A stretch of 64,000 bases of DNA from Sanchytrium tribonematis (lineage: Eukaryota). Location of the stretch: assembly GCA_018985235.1 (NCBI GenBank), contig JADGIG010000003.1:1-64000 (forward strand), written 5' to 3'. How positions within the stretch are numbered: position 1 is the first letter of the stretch; every line of letters begins with the position of its first letter. Under the pieces are notes generated by a model. That model was given only the letters and a program-made list of their open reading frames with translations. It was not told the origin of the DNA and made no database searches. Positions 44,908 to 55,915 of this stretch are shown in pieces. The position numbers and the translations under genes are program-made.

Positions 44908-45807
44908 TCACCTCAGAAATAGCATTTGCTCGATCTCATCCTCGTAATCGTCCACTTCAATCTCTATAATCTCAAGATAATCTAATTTTGAGCCTTTTGG
45001 TTTGTCCAAGGTTATAAACTGCGTGAAGGATTCATGTTCAATAACATTTTGATCAAGCAAATCTGTATTAATATTTAACTGTTGATTTCCAACTTTACAG
45101 GAAAATTTATAATGCATATGGGACGAGACCCAGAATTTGGGACGAAATTTTTGAATCAGCTTTAATGTATAAGGACTGCCTAATTTAAAATTATCTATGT
45201 CTTCTTTAAACCAAGGGCGATCATTTACAATTCTATTTTTGTCGCCATAAAATGCAATATTTGCAGGCCAGTCATGGCTCAATCCTATGTCAAAGCTGCC
45301 TGAAAAATTATTAAGCAATTCATATTCTTCTTTTCTTGTGTGGTAAATTTTGCGCATGGTGTCATTATTTAAGGGAGCCTTTTCGTTTCTTGGCAGATTA
45401 AAATCCTGTTCTTTATAGATACCCGACCAACCACAGATCCCAACACCCTTAGCTTTAATTATATTACAATAACCCATATAATAAAAATTTGGAATTAGAA
45501 AACCTCCCTTGGAAAAGTCCATTAAATATTCAGAACATTCGTGATTTCCTCCTATTGCAATTGTTAGTATTGGGATTGGATCTCCATGGTAATAGTGATG
45601 AAAATCACCTAGCTTTTTATATTTTTCTGGCACAGCCATACTGCTTAAATCGTTTTTATTTCTTGCCGTTTGCAAATCTCCCGTCAATAAGACTACATCA
45701 ATTTTTCGCCCAACACGTTCCTCAAATTGCTGCAGGGTGTTGTAAATTCTATGCAGTTCACCGTGTACACATCCTACCAATGCTACCATTTTTGTACTTT
45801 TAGCCAT
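44908..45807 (-). CDS. DBR1: RNA lariat debranching enzyme (catalytic domain, 299 aa)
   Basis: GC.HG, GD.Q..RN..DL..MAVP.KY, IGGNHE, SHDWP, H.H and LDK motifs. Confidence 0.9.
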   Translation of the reverse strand: MAKSTKMVALVGCVHGELHRIYNTLQQFEERVGRKIDVVLLTGDLQTARNKNDLSSMAVPEKYKKLGDFHHYYHGDPIPILTIAIGGNHECSEYLMDFSKGGFLIPNFYYMGYCNIIKAKGVGICGWSGIYKEQDFNLPRNEKAPLNNDTMRKIYHTRKEEYELLNNFSGSFDIGLSHDWPANIAFYGDKNRIVNDRPWFKEDIDNFKLGSPYTLKLIQKFRPKFWVSSHMHYKFSCKVGNQQLNINTDLLDQNVIEHESFTQFITLDKPKGSKLDYLEIIEIEVDDYEDEIEQMLFLR

Positions 45808-45834
45808 TTCACTTCCGTGTTTTGATATTTTGAA

Positions 45835-48675
45835 ATGAGTGATTCATTTTTTGATGATAGCGAATTTGATAGACTGGCTGAGACTGAAATGAAGAAAAAA
45901 AAGAAAACTCATCATTTATTTTGGAGTAGGTTGCATCAGATGAAAGTTTTATCTGTGAAAATTCAAGCCTCAGAAACTATTTTAATTTGCAGCGAGAATC
46001 AAATTATATTTCTGACGCATCAGTGGAAGAATTGTAAATTTAAACCCGGTCAGCAATTAAATGTCATTGGAAAAGGATATTACAATAATGATAAAACGGA
46101 ATTTCATATTAATAACGAACAAGGATTAATTATTGTAGAACCGCAAATACTTATAAATGTGACAGATATTACCTCTTCATTATTTTGCACTCGTCAAGGA
46201 ATTCTTAATAATTTATTTCTAAAAAATGGGCTTCTACCTTTCGGGAAAAAAGACTATTCAATCAAGATGATAGAAGGCACAGTTATACATAAAATATTAC
46301 AAGAATGTCTGCAGAAAAAAGACTTCAGTCTTAATTTAGTCGCCGAAATTTTAGACCGCGCAATCGTCGAGCTTATACCCACGTTTTATCAAATGAAAGT
46401 TGAGGAATCAACTTTTAGGCAAAAAATTTTGAACATATTTTACACATCAGACCAACTCAAATTGATAACAAATGGAACAGATATTATAAATAGAGCAGTT
46501 GCTTTAATACCGGACAGAGAAAATTCAACTGTGAACCTTTCAAACGAAAGATCACATTTGTCAGCTCCAACCTTGATTCAAACATTAGTGGTTGATGAGG
46601 TGATAGATATTGAGCAGGATATGTCCTCAATAATCTTTGGAATGCGAGCCAAAGCAGATGTAGTGGGCCACGTCAGAATTCATCAATCGTCGGATGAATA
46701 CGGTGATCTTACCTCTCCTTCTATAGTAGCTCCCGTGGAGATCAAAACCGGAAAATGTAGACAATCAGACTGTGCTCAATTGTCTCTTTATCTATTACTA
46801 ATGAGTGAAAAGTATTGCTCTGAAATTGACAATGGTTGCCTTTTGTATATTGATGAGAAGATTCTTTTGGTTCCGTTAAAAGTCGACGAATTAAGGTCAT
46901 TGCTGATTCAACGTCACTTGATAGTTGAAGCTCTAGAAATGGGAACATATAATCACATTTTAGGCCAGGAAAGTTGTATAAAGTGTAGTATGAACATTGC
47001 ATGTGCTTCGATTTATACAAGCGTTGAAAACAAGCCAATCTCGAGTTTTGGTGTTGAGGAATTTAAATCAAAATTCCCACTTAACTCTGTATTGTTAAAG
47101 GTGTTCAATCAATTCATAGATGCATTCAACTTGATCAACTGTGATGATTACAAGCAAAGAAATTGTATAGCCAATGTTGACGAGAAGCTGCTAGACTCGG
47201 GTAAAAAATGTATTATAACTTTAGTAGAACCATACTTAGACGATAGGGTGAAGACCGTTAACATATATATAAATAGATTATTGCGTGGGCACGGTTATGT
47301 GCAGTCTTACGATCCATTCATTGTAGATATCGTCAGCGGTGATTTCACAAATGATATAGATTCTAATGTTGAAATCGAAAAGTGTACGAATCACTATTTT
47401 GATCTAAAACTTTATCGAACGTATGTCTTGAATTTTTTAACTCATGGGAAACCAGAACTTAAGAATATATTATTTGGGAAATCTACACATCCAAAGTATT
47501 TAAAAAAATATTCCTACTCGTCAAAAGAATTGAATTTAGAGCAAAATGAAGCCGTTGGAAGAATCTTGAACTGTCAGGACTGCACTCTTGTTGAAGGTTT
47601 TCCTGGAACAGGCAAAAGTAAAGTTATTTGTGAATCTATCAAAGCCATCAAGACAAACATATTGCTTGTGTGTTTAACAAATAACGCGCTGGATAATATC
47701 TTGCTAAGACTTTTAGATTCAAGCACTCCTTTCTTTCGTGTATATGCTAAGGCTGAGTCTGTTCATCCCAAAATTGTCGATTACATGACAAAAATCACAA
47801 AAGATGTCAAAACAACTCACGACTACGCAGAACTAATCAAAGGCATTCATGTATTTGCAACTACGTCGCACAAAATCAGTTCTCCGTTTTTGGAACATAC
47901 AGAATTTGACCTATGCATTATTGACGAGGCTACTCAAATTTCTTTTCCATTGATATTAGGCCCGTTAAGCATGTGTAAGCGTTTCGTGTTAGTCGGAGAT
48001 TCTCACCAGCTTCCTCCAATATTACAACTTCGTGGGTTCCAGCCAAGTGTTTTCGAGCATCTCAGAGTAAAATTTCCTGACAATGCAACTCGACTTACTA
48101 CACAATATCGTATGAATCCCCAGATAATGGACTTTGCAAATGCTTTAGTATACAATAGTCTTTTGAAATTGGGTAAAAAGATCGAAAAGCTTCAATTATA
48201 TATGCAAAATGATATTTTATTTTACAATACTGACTCCCACCATTTCAAAGAGAATCAGGTTGGAGATGCAGTACACAATCATGGTTCTGCACTAGCTTGT
48301 GTCAATATTTGTCGCCTTCTTTCCATTAATCTAGAAAGTCATCAATACTCTATCATTTCACCATATCGTGGACAAATTGAATATCTAAAGACTCAAATTT
48401 CTGATGTGGAGCTTGCCACGATAGATCGCTGGCAAGGTAGGGAAAAGCAAGTTATCATATTTGACACTGTAAAAACGAAAGATTCGAATATTGGAAAATT
48501 ATTACTGGAATGGAGGAGGATCAATGTCGCATTTACTAGAGCAAGGGTAAAATTAATTATTATTGGTAGTGTGGAGTTGCTCTCAGGAGAAAATAGCAAT
48601 GCTTTTTGGAAAGATTGCATCAAATATTTGACTAACTTTGGTTTTATTGAGCCGCTTCCGTCTAATCTTGTGTAA
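45835..48675 (+). CDS. DNA2: Dna2 nuclease/helicase
   Basis: C.R..., G..IH, EIKTG, Cys cluster, GFPGTGKS, IIDEA.Q, VGD..QLPP, TID.WQG and RINVA.TRA. Confidence 0.9.
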   Translation: MSDSFFDDSEFDRLAETEMKKKKKTHHLFWSRLHQMKVLSVKIQASETILICSENQIIFLTHQWKNCKFKPGQQLNVIGKGYYNNDKTEFHINNEQGLIIVEPQILINVTDITSSLFCTRQGILNNLFLKNGLLPFGKKDYSIKMIEGTVIHKILQECLQKKDFSLNLVAEILDRAIVELIPTFYQMKVEESTFRQKILNIFYTSDQLKLITNGTDIINRAVALIPDRENSTVNLSNERSHLSAPTLIQTLVVDEVIDIEQDMSSIIFGMRAKADVVGHVRIHQSSDEYGDLTSPSIVAPVEIKTGKCRQSDCAQLSLYLLLMSEKYCSEIDNGCLLYIDEKILLVPLKVDELRSLLIQRHLIVEALEMGTYNHILGQESCIKCSMNIACASIYTSVENKPISSFGVEEFKSKFPLNSVLLKVFNQFIDAFNLINCDDYKQRNCIANVDEKLLDSGKKCIITLVEPYLDDRVKTVNIYINRLLRGHGYVQSYDPFIVDIVSGDFTNDIDSNVEIEKCTNHYFDLKLYRTYVLNFLTHGKPELKNILFGKSTHPKYLKKYSYSSKELNLEQNEAVGRILNCQDCTLVEGFPGTGKSKVICESIKAIKTNILLVCLTNNALDNILLRLLDSSTPFFRVYAKAESVHPKIVDYMTKITKDVKTTHDYAELIKGIHVFATTSHKISSPFLEHTEFDLCIIDEATQISFPLILGPLSMCKRFVLVGDSHQLPPILQLRGFQPSVFEHLRVKFPDNATRLTTQYRMNPQIMDFANALVYNSLLKLGKKIEKLQLYMQNDILFYNTDSHHFKENQVGDAVHNHGSALACVNICRLLSINLESHQYSIISPYRGQIEYLKTQISDVELATIDRWQGREKQVIIFDTVKTKDSNIGKLLLEWRRINVAFTRARVKLIIIGSVELLSGENSNAFWKDCIKYLTNFGFIEPLPSNLV

Positions 48676-48684
48676 AGAAATTAT

Positions 48685-50280
48685 TCAGCCTTTGAAAACT
48701 ACAAGAGACTGGTCTGAATATGGCAGTATTTTTACATTTGAAGGAAACTTCATGCGCTCAACCAAATTAAATCTAGACATTGGGATTATCTTAACATTTT
48801 GCCCAGGATTAGCTGAAGAAAGCGCCTTTTTTCCTGAAATAAAAATTGATTTCGGTTGATCAGGATGCGAGATAGATTCTTGAGTTTCTATTACAATTTC
48901 CGTGTCTGATAAAATTCTCTCAATAGACACTCCGCAATGCTTAACTGGAGAGGCTTCCAAAACTATTTGGGTTTCTTCAGCTTCAAATTTGGATTTTTTC
49001 GATACACTCTCTAGGGACTGATCTAGATCTTTTCTTTTTTGAAGGCGCCTTTTAATTTCCTCTGGTGTAATGCCAAACGTCTGGGAAAGGCTCGACTTTT
49101 GGCTGTTATTTTGTCGATTTTTTAAAAGCGACTGTGTGAATGCTCTCTGAGATTCAATAAAAGACCTATGATTAGAATGAGATTGTGGTTGTGATAATGA
49201 TGACAATAGTTGTGATTGAGTTGGGTTTTTAGGCGATTGAGTCATGTTCATTATAACGCTGGTAGTCTCATTCAACTTTGGCAAATCCCCGTCTTCAGAG
49301 GAAGAGTAGGTTTGCGTTTGTAGGTCTGTATTATTATAGTTGGAAGCTTTGTTTGACAAAAAGAAGGCCATAAAATCAGTACCTTGTTGATAAGTTGGTT
49401 GTGATCTCTTCTTCATGGCATTTTTCGCTTCCAGCTCTTCTATTGTGTTAGATATAATATGGTTGTAAACTGTCTCAAATGTATAAGCATTTAAATTTTG
49501 TAGCTCTACGTTTGAAACAATAACAATTGTTCGGCCATAATATTTTTGCTTTATCTCAATGATTTGTTTGTTTTGATCGATGCAAAGGACATGGGTGGAA
49601 TCAAAGACTTCCGCAAGTGCATCCATGACTTCAATTTCAAATTCACTGAGGTTAACGCCCACAAAAACTACTTCTAAAAGATTGATTCTATCTAAGTCAA
49701 TTGTAGAAATTTCAGGTCTATTTTTTTTATAAAAGTTATTAAAATCTCTCCCATTCGTACTTGTGATATATTTCTCCATATTAACGGCTCTGTTGGGTAT
49801 ATTAAATGTTTCCCTTAGTTGCGAAATGGATATTATTGGCTTTTCTGCTCTTAAAGCTACGAGCTTAAGCAATTTGCAATTTTCTTGTGTTATAAATTCA
49901 CATTCTTTTAATTTGGATACTTTTTGCCAATTCCATTCGCTGTACAAAGCTTCTCCAAAATATTTGGGTCTCAATAAAATTACCCTGAAATAAGGGACCT
50001 TATTGAGGCAAAGTTCATCCCCATGATTGATTTTACAATGCCTTCTTTTTTGCTTTCCGTTCAATAAGCAATTTTTCATTTCGACGTAGCCACAATCTTC
50101 TTTGTATTGAATTTTCATTTCATTTTTACTCACTTGAATTTTAGTTGACATTCTTTCTGAGCCTATAATATTTCTATCAAGAACCAAAGTATCTTCATGT
50201 TTTATGAAATAATCATTTCCTTCAAAATTGTCGTGTCCAATTAAAAAAAGCATTTCAAACGGGGAGTTTTGTATATTCAT
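48685..50280 (-). CDS. FHA-like N-terminal domain protein with S/TQ-rich tail (possibly Nbs1-like); the start may be ATG 50253
   Basis: LNG......INHGDEL resembles an FHA end; clustered SQ/TQ sites. Confidence 0.45.
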   Translation of the reverse strand: MNIQNSPFEMLFLIGHDNFEGNDYFIKHEDTLVLDRNIIGSERMSTKIQVSKNEMKIQYKEDCGYVEMKNCLLNGKQKRRHCKINHGDELCLNKVPYFRVILLRPKYFGEALYSEWNWQKVSKLKECEFITQENCKLLKLVALRAEKPIISISQLRETFNIPNRAVNMEKYITSTNGRDFNNFYKKNRPEISTIDLDRINLLEVVFVGVNLSEFEIEVMDALAEVFDSTHVLCIDQNKQIIEIKQKYYGRTIVIVSNVELQNLNAYTFETVYNHIISNTIEELEAKNAMKKRSQPTYQQGTDFMAFFLSNKASNYNNTDLQTQTYSSSEDGDLPKLNETTSVIMNMTQSPKNPTQSQLLSSLSQPQSHSNHRSFIESQRAFTQSLLKNRQNNSQKSSLSQTFGITPEEIKRRLQKRKDLDQSLESVSKKSKFEAEETQIVLEASPVKHCGVSIERILSDTEIVIETQESISHPDQPKSIFISGKKALSSANPGQNVKIIPMSRFNLVERMKFPSNVKILPYSDQSLVVFKG

Positions 50281-51876
50281 TTATTTAGCCGCGCAGATCG
50301 TCTAAGCGGTGCTGGTTTCACCTCGATCTCTTCATAAATATCTTCCTTAGAATCTGATTTGAATTTGAGTGGCATACCAGGCTTCCATGAGTCTTTTTTA
50401 GTTTTTTGCTCGCCTACTTTCTAAGTGAGTAAAAATTACTTTCCATAAATTATCCACTTCTTCCTCAATTTGCTGTGCTTTTAAAAGGTTCATCGCAATA
50501 TCTTCTTTAACCGCACAAATTGAACTTTCAGCTGTGGTGACACTGTGCTCAAATCCAACCACAAACTCTTCTAAACCCTCCAATATAGGTAGCCAATTAT
50601 CTTTAAAAAATTTATCCATGGCGTCAGTCAAATTTCTGTTTGTTGCTTTGGTTTTTACTAAAATAGATACAAGTCCCTTCTCATTATCTACTGCGTCCAT
50701 CTTATTAATAATCTCTTCGCCTTTTTTCATTATATTTACGAGGGGCTCAAATTTCTTATTGACGGCATCAGAAAGTTGATTTCTAAGTGTTTTCACTTTT
50801 TCTAAAGTATCCTGAACATCTTTAATTGTTAATTGAGTCATCATTTGTTGTAGCTGGTCCTCGTAATTAGAAGATTTAAATTTTTGAAATATTTGATAGT
50901 CAGAACCTTGTAGTAGGTTCAATTCTAATATGCTTTTTGAGCGTTGTAGGAGATTATCCAAATGGTATTTTCTGGGATCAATTTGTTCCTTTTTCATGTC
51001 TTTATAAAGTTTCAAATGTTCCAAAATGTCAAACGGCAATACGGTCGAAAACAGTGGATCGACTTGAGGCAAAAAATCTGTGTTCAATTCTGAAGATATA
51101 ACATCTTCAGGGACAATTCCTGCAATTTCTTCTGGTACAATTTGGAGATAAATCATGTCATTATCTTGTTTTGCAGATTTTAAAGATTCTTCAACTGAAT
51201 TATACAACTCAGTGAATTCTTGTGAATTGATCCAAAATGACTTTAAGCAGGTAATGCAATCTTCTAGTCGCTTGATCTGCAGACCATATTTAGTCTGACT
51301 TTGCAAGTCTTTCGATGAATAAAAATATGCTAAAGCCTGGTTGTAAGCGTACAATTCAGTGTTTCCGGACTTCTTGAAATAAATCGCAGCCTGTTGAGCT
51401 ATTTTGCATGAAAGGGAAAATGACTTGTTTTGTTGGATCAATTTTTCAAGAGCCAGAGAATGAAGCTTTCCTTTAATATAGAAAAGAAATCTACTTGTAA
51501 ATGGGTTATCAAATTGGTATTTCTTAATTATGTTAATATTGTTGGCTTCATTTGCCAAAGCAAGGGCTTTTTTTAAAACGTTTACATCATATTCACCCAG
51601 CAACTCAGCGGCCTTAATAAGGGTACACATTCTTTCAAATTCAATATGATTTACAGATAAAGCAGAACCTTCAATATTCCAGGTAAAGTATAGTTCGTCG
51701 AGTTTAAACTTCGCCAAATTTTCTAGTTGCACCAAATATTCTAAAACGTCTGGCAAGTTGTCTGACATTCTCAATTTCAAAATCTTGTTAAAGTCATGAT
51801 GAGGAACTGATAAATCTAGGTTCTGCAATTGCAAGATTAACGGTTTAAAACTAACTAGTTCAGGATTCACTAACAT
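50277..51876 (-). CDS. BRO1-domain protein, PalA/Rim20-like, 526 aa; exons 51876-50440 and 50420-50277
   Basis: F.W, FER, YG..I.RL and KQDNDMIYLQ.VP; the spliced tail contains WKPGMPLKF, like the PalA C-terminal W.P...I.F. Confidence 0.78.
50421..50439 (-). other. 19-nt spliceosomal intron GTAATTTTTACTCACTTAG
   Basis: Hidden inside the track's ORF; removal opens a 47-codon exon that fills the apparent intergenic gap. Confidence 0.85.
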
Positions 51877-52029
51877 CAAAATGTGTTACAAGGAGTGTCC
51901 GCCAATGGACCCAACTCTAGCGTTTTTCTGTACAATTCTGATATGACCTTTTTTCTATGTGGAGTTAACGCCGTTAAAGAATTTTAAATATTATTGATTT
52001 TTGAAACACTTGATTAAAATTATTAGAAT

Positions 52030-52665
52030 ATGATCACTCTTTCACAAATGATTTACAACAAATATACTCAACTAGATGCCTACAATATACTTATTATCGG
52101 ATTAGACAATTCTGGTAAATCCACCTTGGTAGAATGCATTAAACGGCTCTACACGAAGCAGAGGGTTATGCATACCTTAGTCCCAACAGTAGGGCTCAAC
52201 ACCTGTAAATTTCAATATAGTTTGCCACTAAGGAGTGATTATTGCTTGGCATTACTACCTCAAAAATTGTCAATTTTAATTTGGGATCTAGGTGGGCAAT
52301 CTGAACTTCAAGCTTTGTGGTCAACTTACTATCCAGATTGCCATGCAATTTTATACCTTATAGATTCTACAGATCATAACAGATTAGCAAGCAACGTTCA
52401 AATCTTAAAGTCTGTCTTGTCAAATCAAGACGCCGATGTTCCACTTTTACTATTAGCCAACAAGCAAGATTTAGAACAGGCTTGGCCCATTCATCAAATT
52501 AAAGAAGTTGTTCAAAATCCGTTGGCTGAGTATCTTGATGTAAAAGAAGCCCAAACATTGGGTATATCCGCTCTTGAAGGTGATGGAGTAAAGGAAGCCA
52601 TGAGCTGGATAGTAAATAGAATGCAGCTTAACAGTAATAATCGTCCACCCAATAAATCTAAATAA
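52030..52665 (+). CDS. ARF-related GTPase ARFRP1 (yeast Arl3-like)
   Basis: GLDNSGKST, PTVGLN, WDLGGQ.ELQ.LW..YY, ANKQD and SAL; no Gly2. Confidence 0.85.
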   Translation: MITLSQMIYNKYTQLDAYNILIIGLDNSGKSTLVECIKRLYTKQRVMHTLVPTVGLNTCKFQYSLPLRSDYCLALLPQKLSILIWDLGGQSELQALWSTYYPDCHAILYLIDSTDHNRLASNVQILKSVLSNQDADVPLLLLANKQDLEQAWPIHQIKEVVQNPLAEYLDVKEAQTLGISALEGDGVKEAMSWIVNRMQLNSNNRPPNKSK

Positions 52666-52717
52666 ATTTCATTAGCAACCTATTTATTCAAAACAATCGT
52701 AGGCCTTTTCCCGGTGA

Positions 52718-53704
52718 ATGAAATCATTCATTTTAGAAATTTCAAACCTAAAGGAAAAAGACAATAAATTCGAGAGAATTTCAATTACAGAACAAGAACT
52801 AGATGATAAAATTATACTGCTGCTACTCGAATTATTAAATGGTAAATCTCCAAACCAAACTTTACCAGGCTTGGTTTATTATCTATCATCCCAGAAAAGT
52901 ATATTATTGATAGTTCTATCTGTTTACTACCAATTTATAAAAAGCAAGGTAAATTATGACGTTTTGTTAGATACCTGTTTATTAGTTTACGGTAAGTATT
53001 CCCAGCTACCCTTTGCAGAAAAAAATCAATTTGCTGCTACCATTTCATATTGGGCAAGGCAATTGCGCATATCTAGAAAAGTGAAATGGTTTTGGCAACT
53101 TTTACCATTTCGTTCAGTTGATCGATCTTTATTTGATAAGATTGTGGAAATTGAACCCATAGTTCCTAGAAGCACATCAACATTAATAGATAAAAAAGCC
53201 GATATATCATACGAAAAAGTTATACCTCAATTTCTTAATATTCCATCCAAATCCCAAATAATTGGCTCGGATAAACAAGAAGTAGATTCGAAAAATAATT
53301 TATGCGGAGACTCAGAAGAGGTGAGTTTAACCACAGAACCCACGAACGGTTACGAACCCAGTTTAGACCAAGTTGCGAATAAGAAAATTCGACCTACAAC
53401 GGGGCTTCCTGTAGATGTACTATTTTTAACTAAATCGAAAATGGCAAAATATGGTAAATGGATAAGAGCTACTGTCGTCTTAAACGAATTTGGCAAAGAA
53501 ATAAAATTAAATTTCGAGAATGGGCATGTTGTCCCACTTGTAGTAGAAAATGGCTACTATACCTGGAAAAATTCATGGGTTCAGTTCAAGCTTATCAATG
53601 GATTGAGAGTTATCTTGAGATTTAAGGGCTTTTTCGAAATTGATAATAGGCTAGAAGTAGTACAATTTGCTATGGACTGCAAATGCCAATATTTTGATGA
53701 TTGA
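52718..53704 (+). CDS. Uncharacterised protein
   Basis: 328-aa ORF with no recognised motif. Confidence 0.6.
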   Translation: MKSFILEISNLKEKDNKFERISITEQELDDKIILLLLELLNGKSPNQTLPGLVYYLSSQKSILLIVLSVYYQFIKSKVNYDVLLDTCLLVYGKYSQLPFAEKNQFAATISYWARQLRISRKVKWFWQLLPFRSVDRSLFDKIVEIEPIVPRSTSTLIDKKADISYEKVIPQFLNIPSKSQIIGSDKQEVDSKNNLCGDSEEVSLTTEPTNGYEPSLDQVANKKIRPTTGLPVDVLFLTKSKMAKYGKWIRATVVLNEFGKEIKLNFENGHVVPLVVENGYYTWKNSWVQFKLINGLRVILRFKGFFEIDNRLEVVQFAMDCKCQYFDD

Positions 53705-53741
53705 AGTCATAAATAAAGCAGTGATTTATGGATTACAATAT

Positions 53742-54317
53742 TTATTGATCTACAAATATATATTTGATCAAATCTTTGACTTCATGGCTACAATTCAACC
53801 GATCGAGTCTCTCTTCTAATTTTAAATTCGCAACTCGTAAAGATAGGTATCCATTTTCTAAAAATTGATTTTCTGCGGCTGAAAGAAATGATTGTAAATC
53901 ATCTGTCCAACCAAATTCATTAGCCAATGAATACATTGTTGGCCGGTTAAGTTTTGTAATTGTGCAATAATTAAGCAAAATGAAAAACGGATCTACAGTT
54001 TGCCGAAAAGAAATGAATCCATTGCCATCACCATAATTTTTTGTAGCAATAGTTTTCTTGACTTCTATGGAAAGTACTGTAAAGTAACTCGTTCCATCAT
54101 TGTAAAGTTTAAGTTGTAATGTAGAAGATGGCATGGGGACTTCCACAGAATTTCTAATAATTTGATTTCTTATAAAACAGTCTAATGTAGTGGTATGGGA
54201 GAATTTTTCTGTTGCAGATAAGTTCGCTGAACAACTAACTTTGTCATCTTCCGAAACTATCTTTGGATTCTTCTTGCTTTGACTTTTGGTAGATAACTTT
54301 CTTTTGCGGGTGAGCAT
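53742..54317 (-). CDS. Possible RNase H2 subunit B-like protein
   Basis: G.G......TVDPFFILL resembles the RNASEH2B DG...TP.DP.F.LL motif. Confidence 0.4.
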   Translation of the reverse strand: MLTRKRKLSTKSQSKKNPKIVSEDDKVSCSANLSATEKFSHTTTLDCFIRNQIIRNSVEVPMPSSTLQLKLYNDGTSYFTVLSIEVKKTIATKNYGDGNGFISFRQTVDPFFILLNYCTITKLNRPTMYSLANEFGWTDDLQSFLSAAENQFLENGYLSLRVANLKLEERLDRLNCSHEVKDLIKYIFVDQ

Positions 54318-54330
54318 GTAAGAAAATTTA

Positions 54331-55887
54331 TTAAAGACCGCGAAGTAAAACTCTGTTTGTAGATGCCATCCTTATGCGCAAATCTTCTCGTTTTTCCCTA
54401 TTGTGGAGCCACCATATTGTTGCTAATCCAATAATTGAAGAGGCGATCAGAACAGCTATAACAATGAACGCATCATTCATTTTCATGTACAATAAAATTT
54501 GAGAAGAAAAATAAAATAAATGAGAATTAGGCGTGATTCCTTCAACGGGTATAATTTCATGGGTTCCAATGTATAATTGAGAGATATAATTTGTATTGCT
54601 GCCAAGGCCAATCCAATTATAATTTAAACCAACTTGAACATTTGAATGCCCTAATGATATGCTATGCTTGTTTCCGTATTCGTCACTTAAGTAGAATTTC
54701 CAATTTAGACGCGTACTGGGTGGTAATTTATCTGGACAATTGTCACAATCAACCAGTCCGGACAATTTCAAAAAATAATTTTGAACCTGTTTCTTATTTT
54801 CCAGCACACTAATGCTTCCCTCTGCGATTGTGATCAGATTAAAAAATCCGTTATGTTTATAATCAAAGCAACTTAGTTGAGAAATAGATTTAGGTGTTTC
54901 CAGTTCAACATTTATATTCTTAAATGACAAAGAAGTGCCCTGGTTTTCTAAAATGTAAATTTTGCTTCCAGAAAGATAGACAATATCTAAAAAAGAATCC
55001 AAGTTGTAATCTCCAATGCAGATATTTTCATTGCTTTTCAAATTCGCTAGCTCAGTGTTGTCACCAGTGATAGCAATATCCGATGATTTGAAATAATTTC
55101 CATCGAAAGTACCTTCGCAAGACGTGGTTTCTATTAAGGTATTTTTCAAAAGCTTAAGAGAGCTTCCATCGTTGTAAAGAATATCCATAGATCCGTTACG
55201 ATCAAAGTCTCCCACGCCAATAAGAGAATTAAAATTAGTGATACTGCCAGAATCAATTTTTTTCAAAATACTAGAAATTAAAAGCTCTTTGGAGGAACCC
55301 AAATCGTTTTGATAGTTGAAAGAATATACTTCGTACTTTCCAGTAGAATCAATTAGAAACAAATCGGAAATGCAATCTCCATTTACATCAAACACGAATA
55401 CATTTTGAGCGCTGATGGAGATTTCCAACTTGAGAATTTTGTAATTTAAGTTTTTTTCAATGGGATTGCTAAGATAAATTGTTGTTTTTCCAGCAGAGAT
55501 TTCAATTACATCGATAATCCCATCAAAGTTAAGATCCCATAGTAACACGTTTGAATCAGAAGAACGATCGATTGAATATGTAGACGAGTAATTATTTTCA
55601 GACGACCCTTCATAAAATGTTAGTTTCGATTTTCCGACAGTAACAATGTCAACATGCTCATCCGAGTTAATGGACGTAGCGTACAGTTTATCGATATCAG
55701 TTAAGTCTATTTTTGTATCAATAGATTCAAAGTTTACGGTGTTGCTGGTTTGCTCTTTCTGATAAATTGCTTGCAATTTGTTATTCGAATCTCTGATTAG
55801 AATGTCTACATATTTATCTCCATTAAGGTCAGCAATAAAAACAATCTTGTCGGCATTTAGTGATAAATCATTAACAGACCAAGTCAT
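54331..55887 (-). CDS. ITFG1/TIP/LINKIN-like FG-GAP/VCBS repeat membrane protein
   Basis: Repeated D.N.DG..D motifs, GLG.NTNY, C-terminal TM and LH.REK.ED. Confidence 0.82.
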   Translation of the reverse strand: MTWSVNDLSLNADKIVFIADLNGDKYVDILIRDSNNKLQAIYQKEQTSNTVNFESIDTKIDLTDIDKLYATSINSDEHVDIVTVGKSKLTFYEGSSENNYSSTYSIDRSSDSNVLLWDLNFDGIIDVIEISAGKTTIYLSNPIEKNLNYKILKLEISISAQNVFVFDVNGDCISDLFLIDSTGKYEVYSFNYQNDLGSSKELLISSILKKIDSGSITNFNSLIGVGDFDRNGSMDILYNDGSSLKLLKNTLIETTSCEGTFDGNYFKSSDIAITGDNTELANLKSNENICIGDYNLDSFLDIVYLSGSKIYILENQGTSLSFKNINVELETPKSISQLSCFDYKHNGFFNLITIAEGSISVLENKKQVQNYFLKLSGLVDCDNCPDKLPPSTRLNWKFYLSDEYGNKHSISLGHSNVQVGLNYNWIGLGSNTNYISQLYIGTHEIIPVEGITPNSHLFYFSSQILLYMKMNDAFIVIAVLIASSIIGLATIWWLHNREKREDLRIRMASTNRVLLRGL

Positions 55888-55915
55888 GAAAAAGTTTCAG
55901 AAATATTGTAGGAGA

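Noticed and set aside
50277..50280. ATGA stop/start overlap between PalA-like and the FHA-like gene, suggesting translational coupling
   Set aside because: A second in-frame ATG at 50253 has a CTCCCC motif just upstream and is at least as likely a start, so the overlap may be coincidental.
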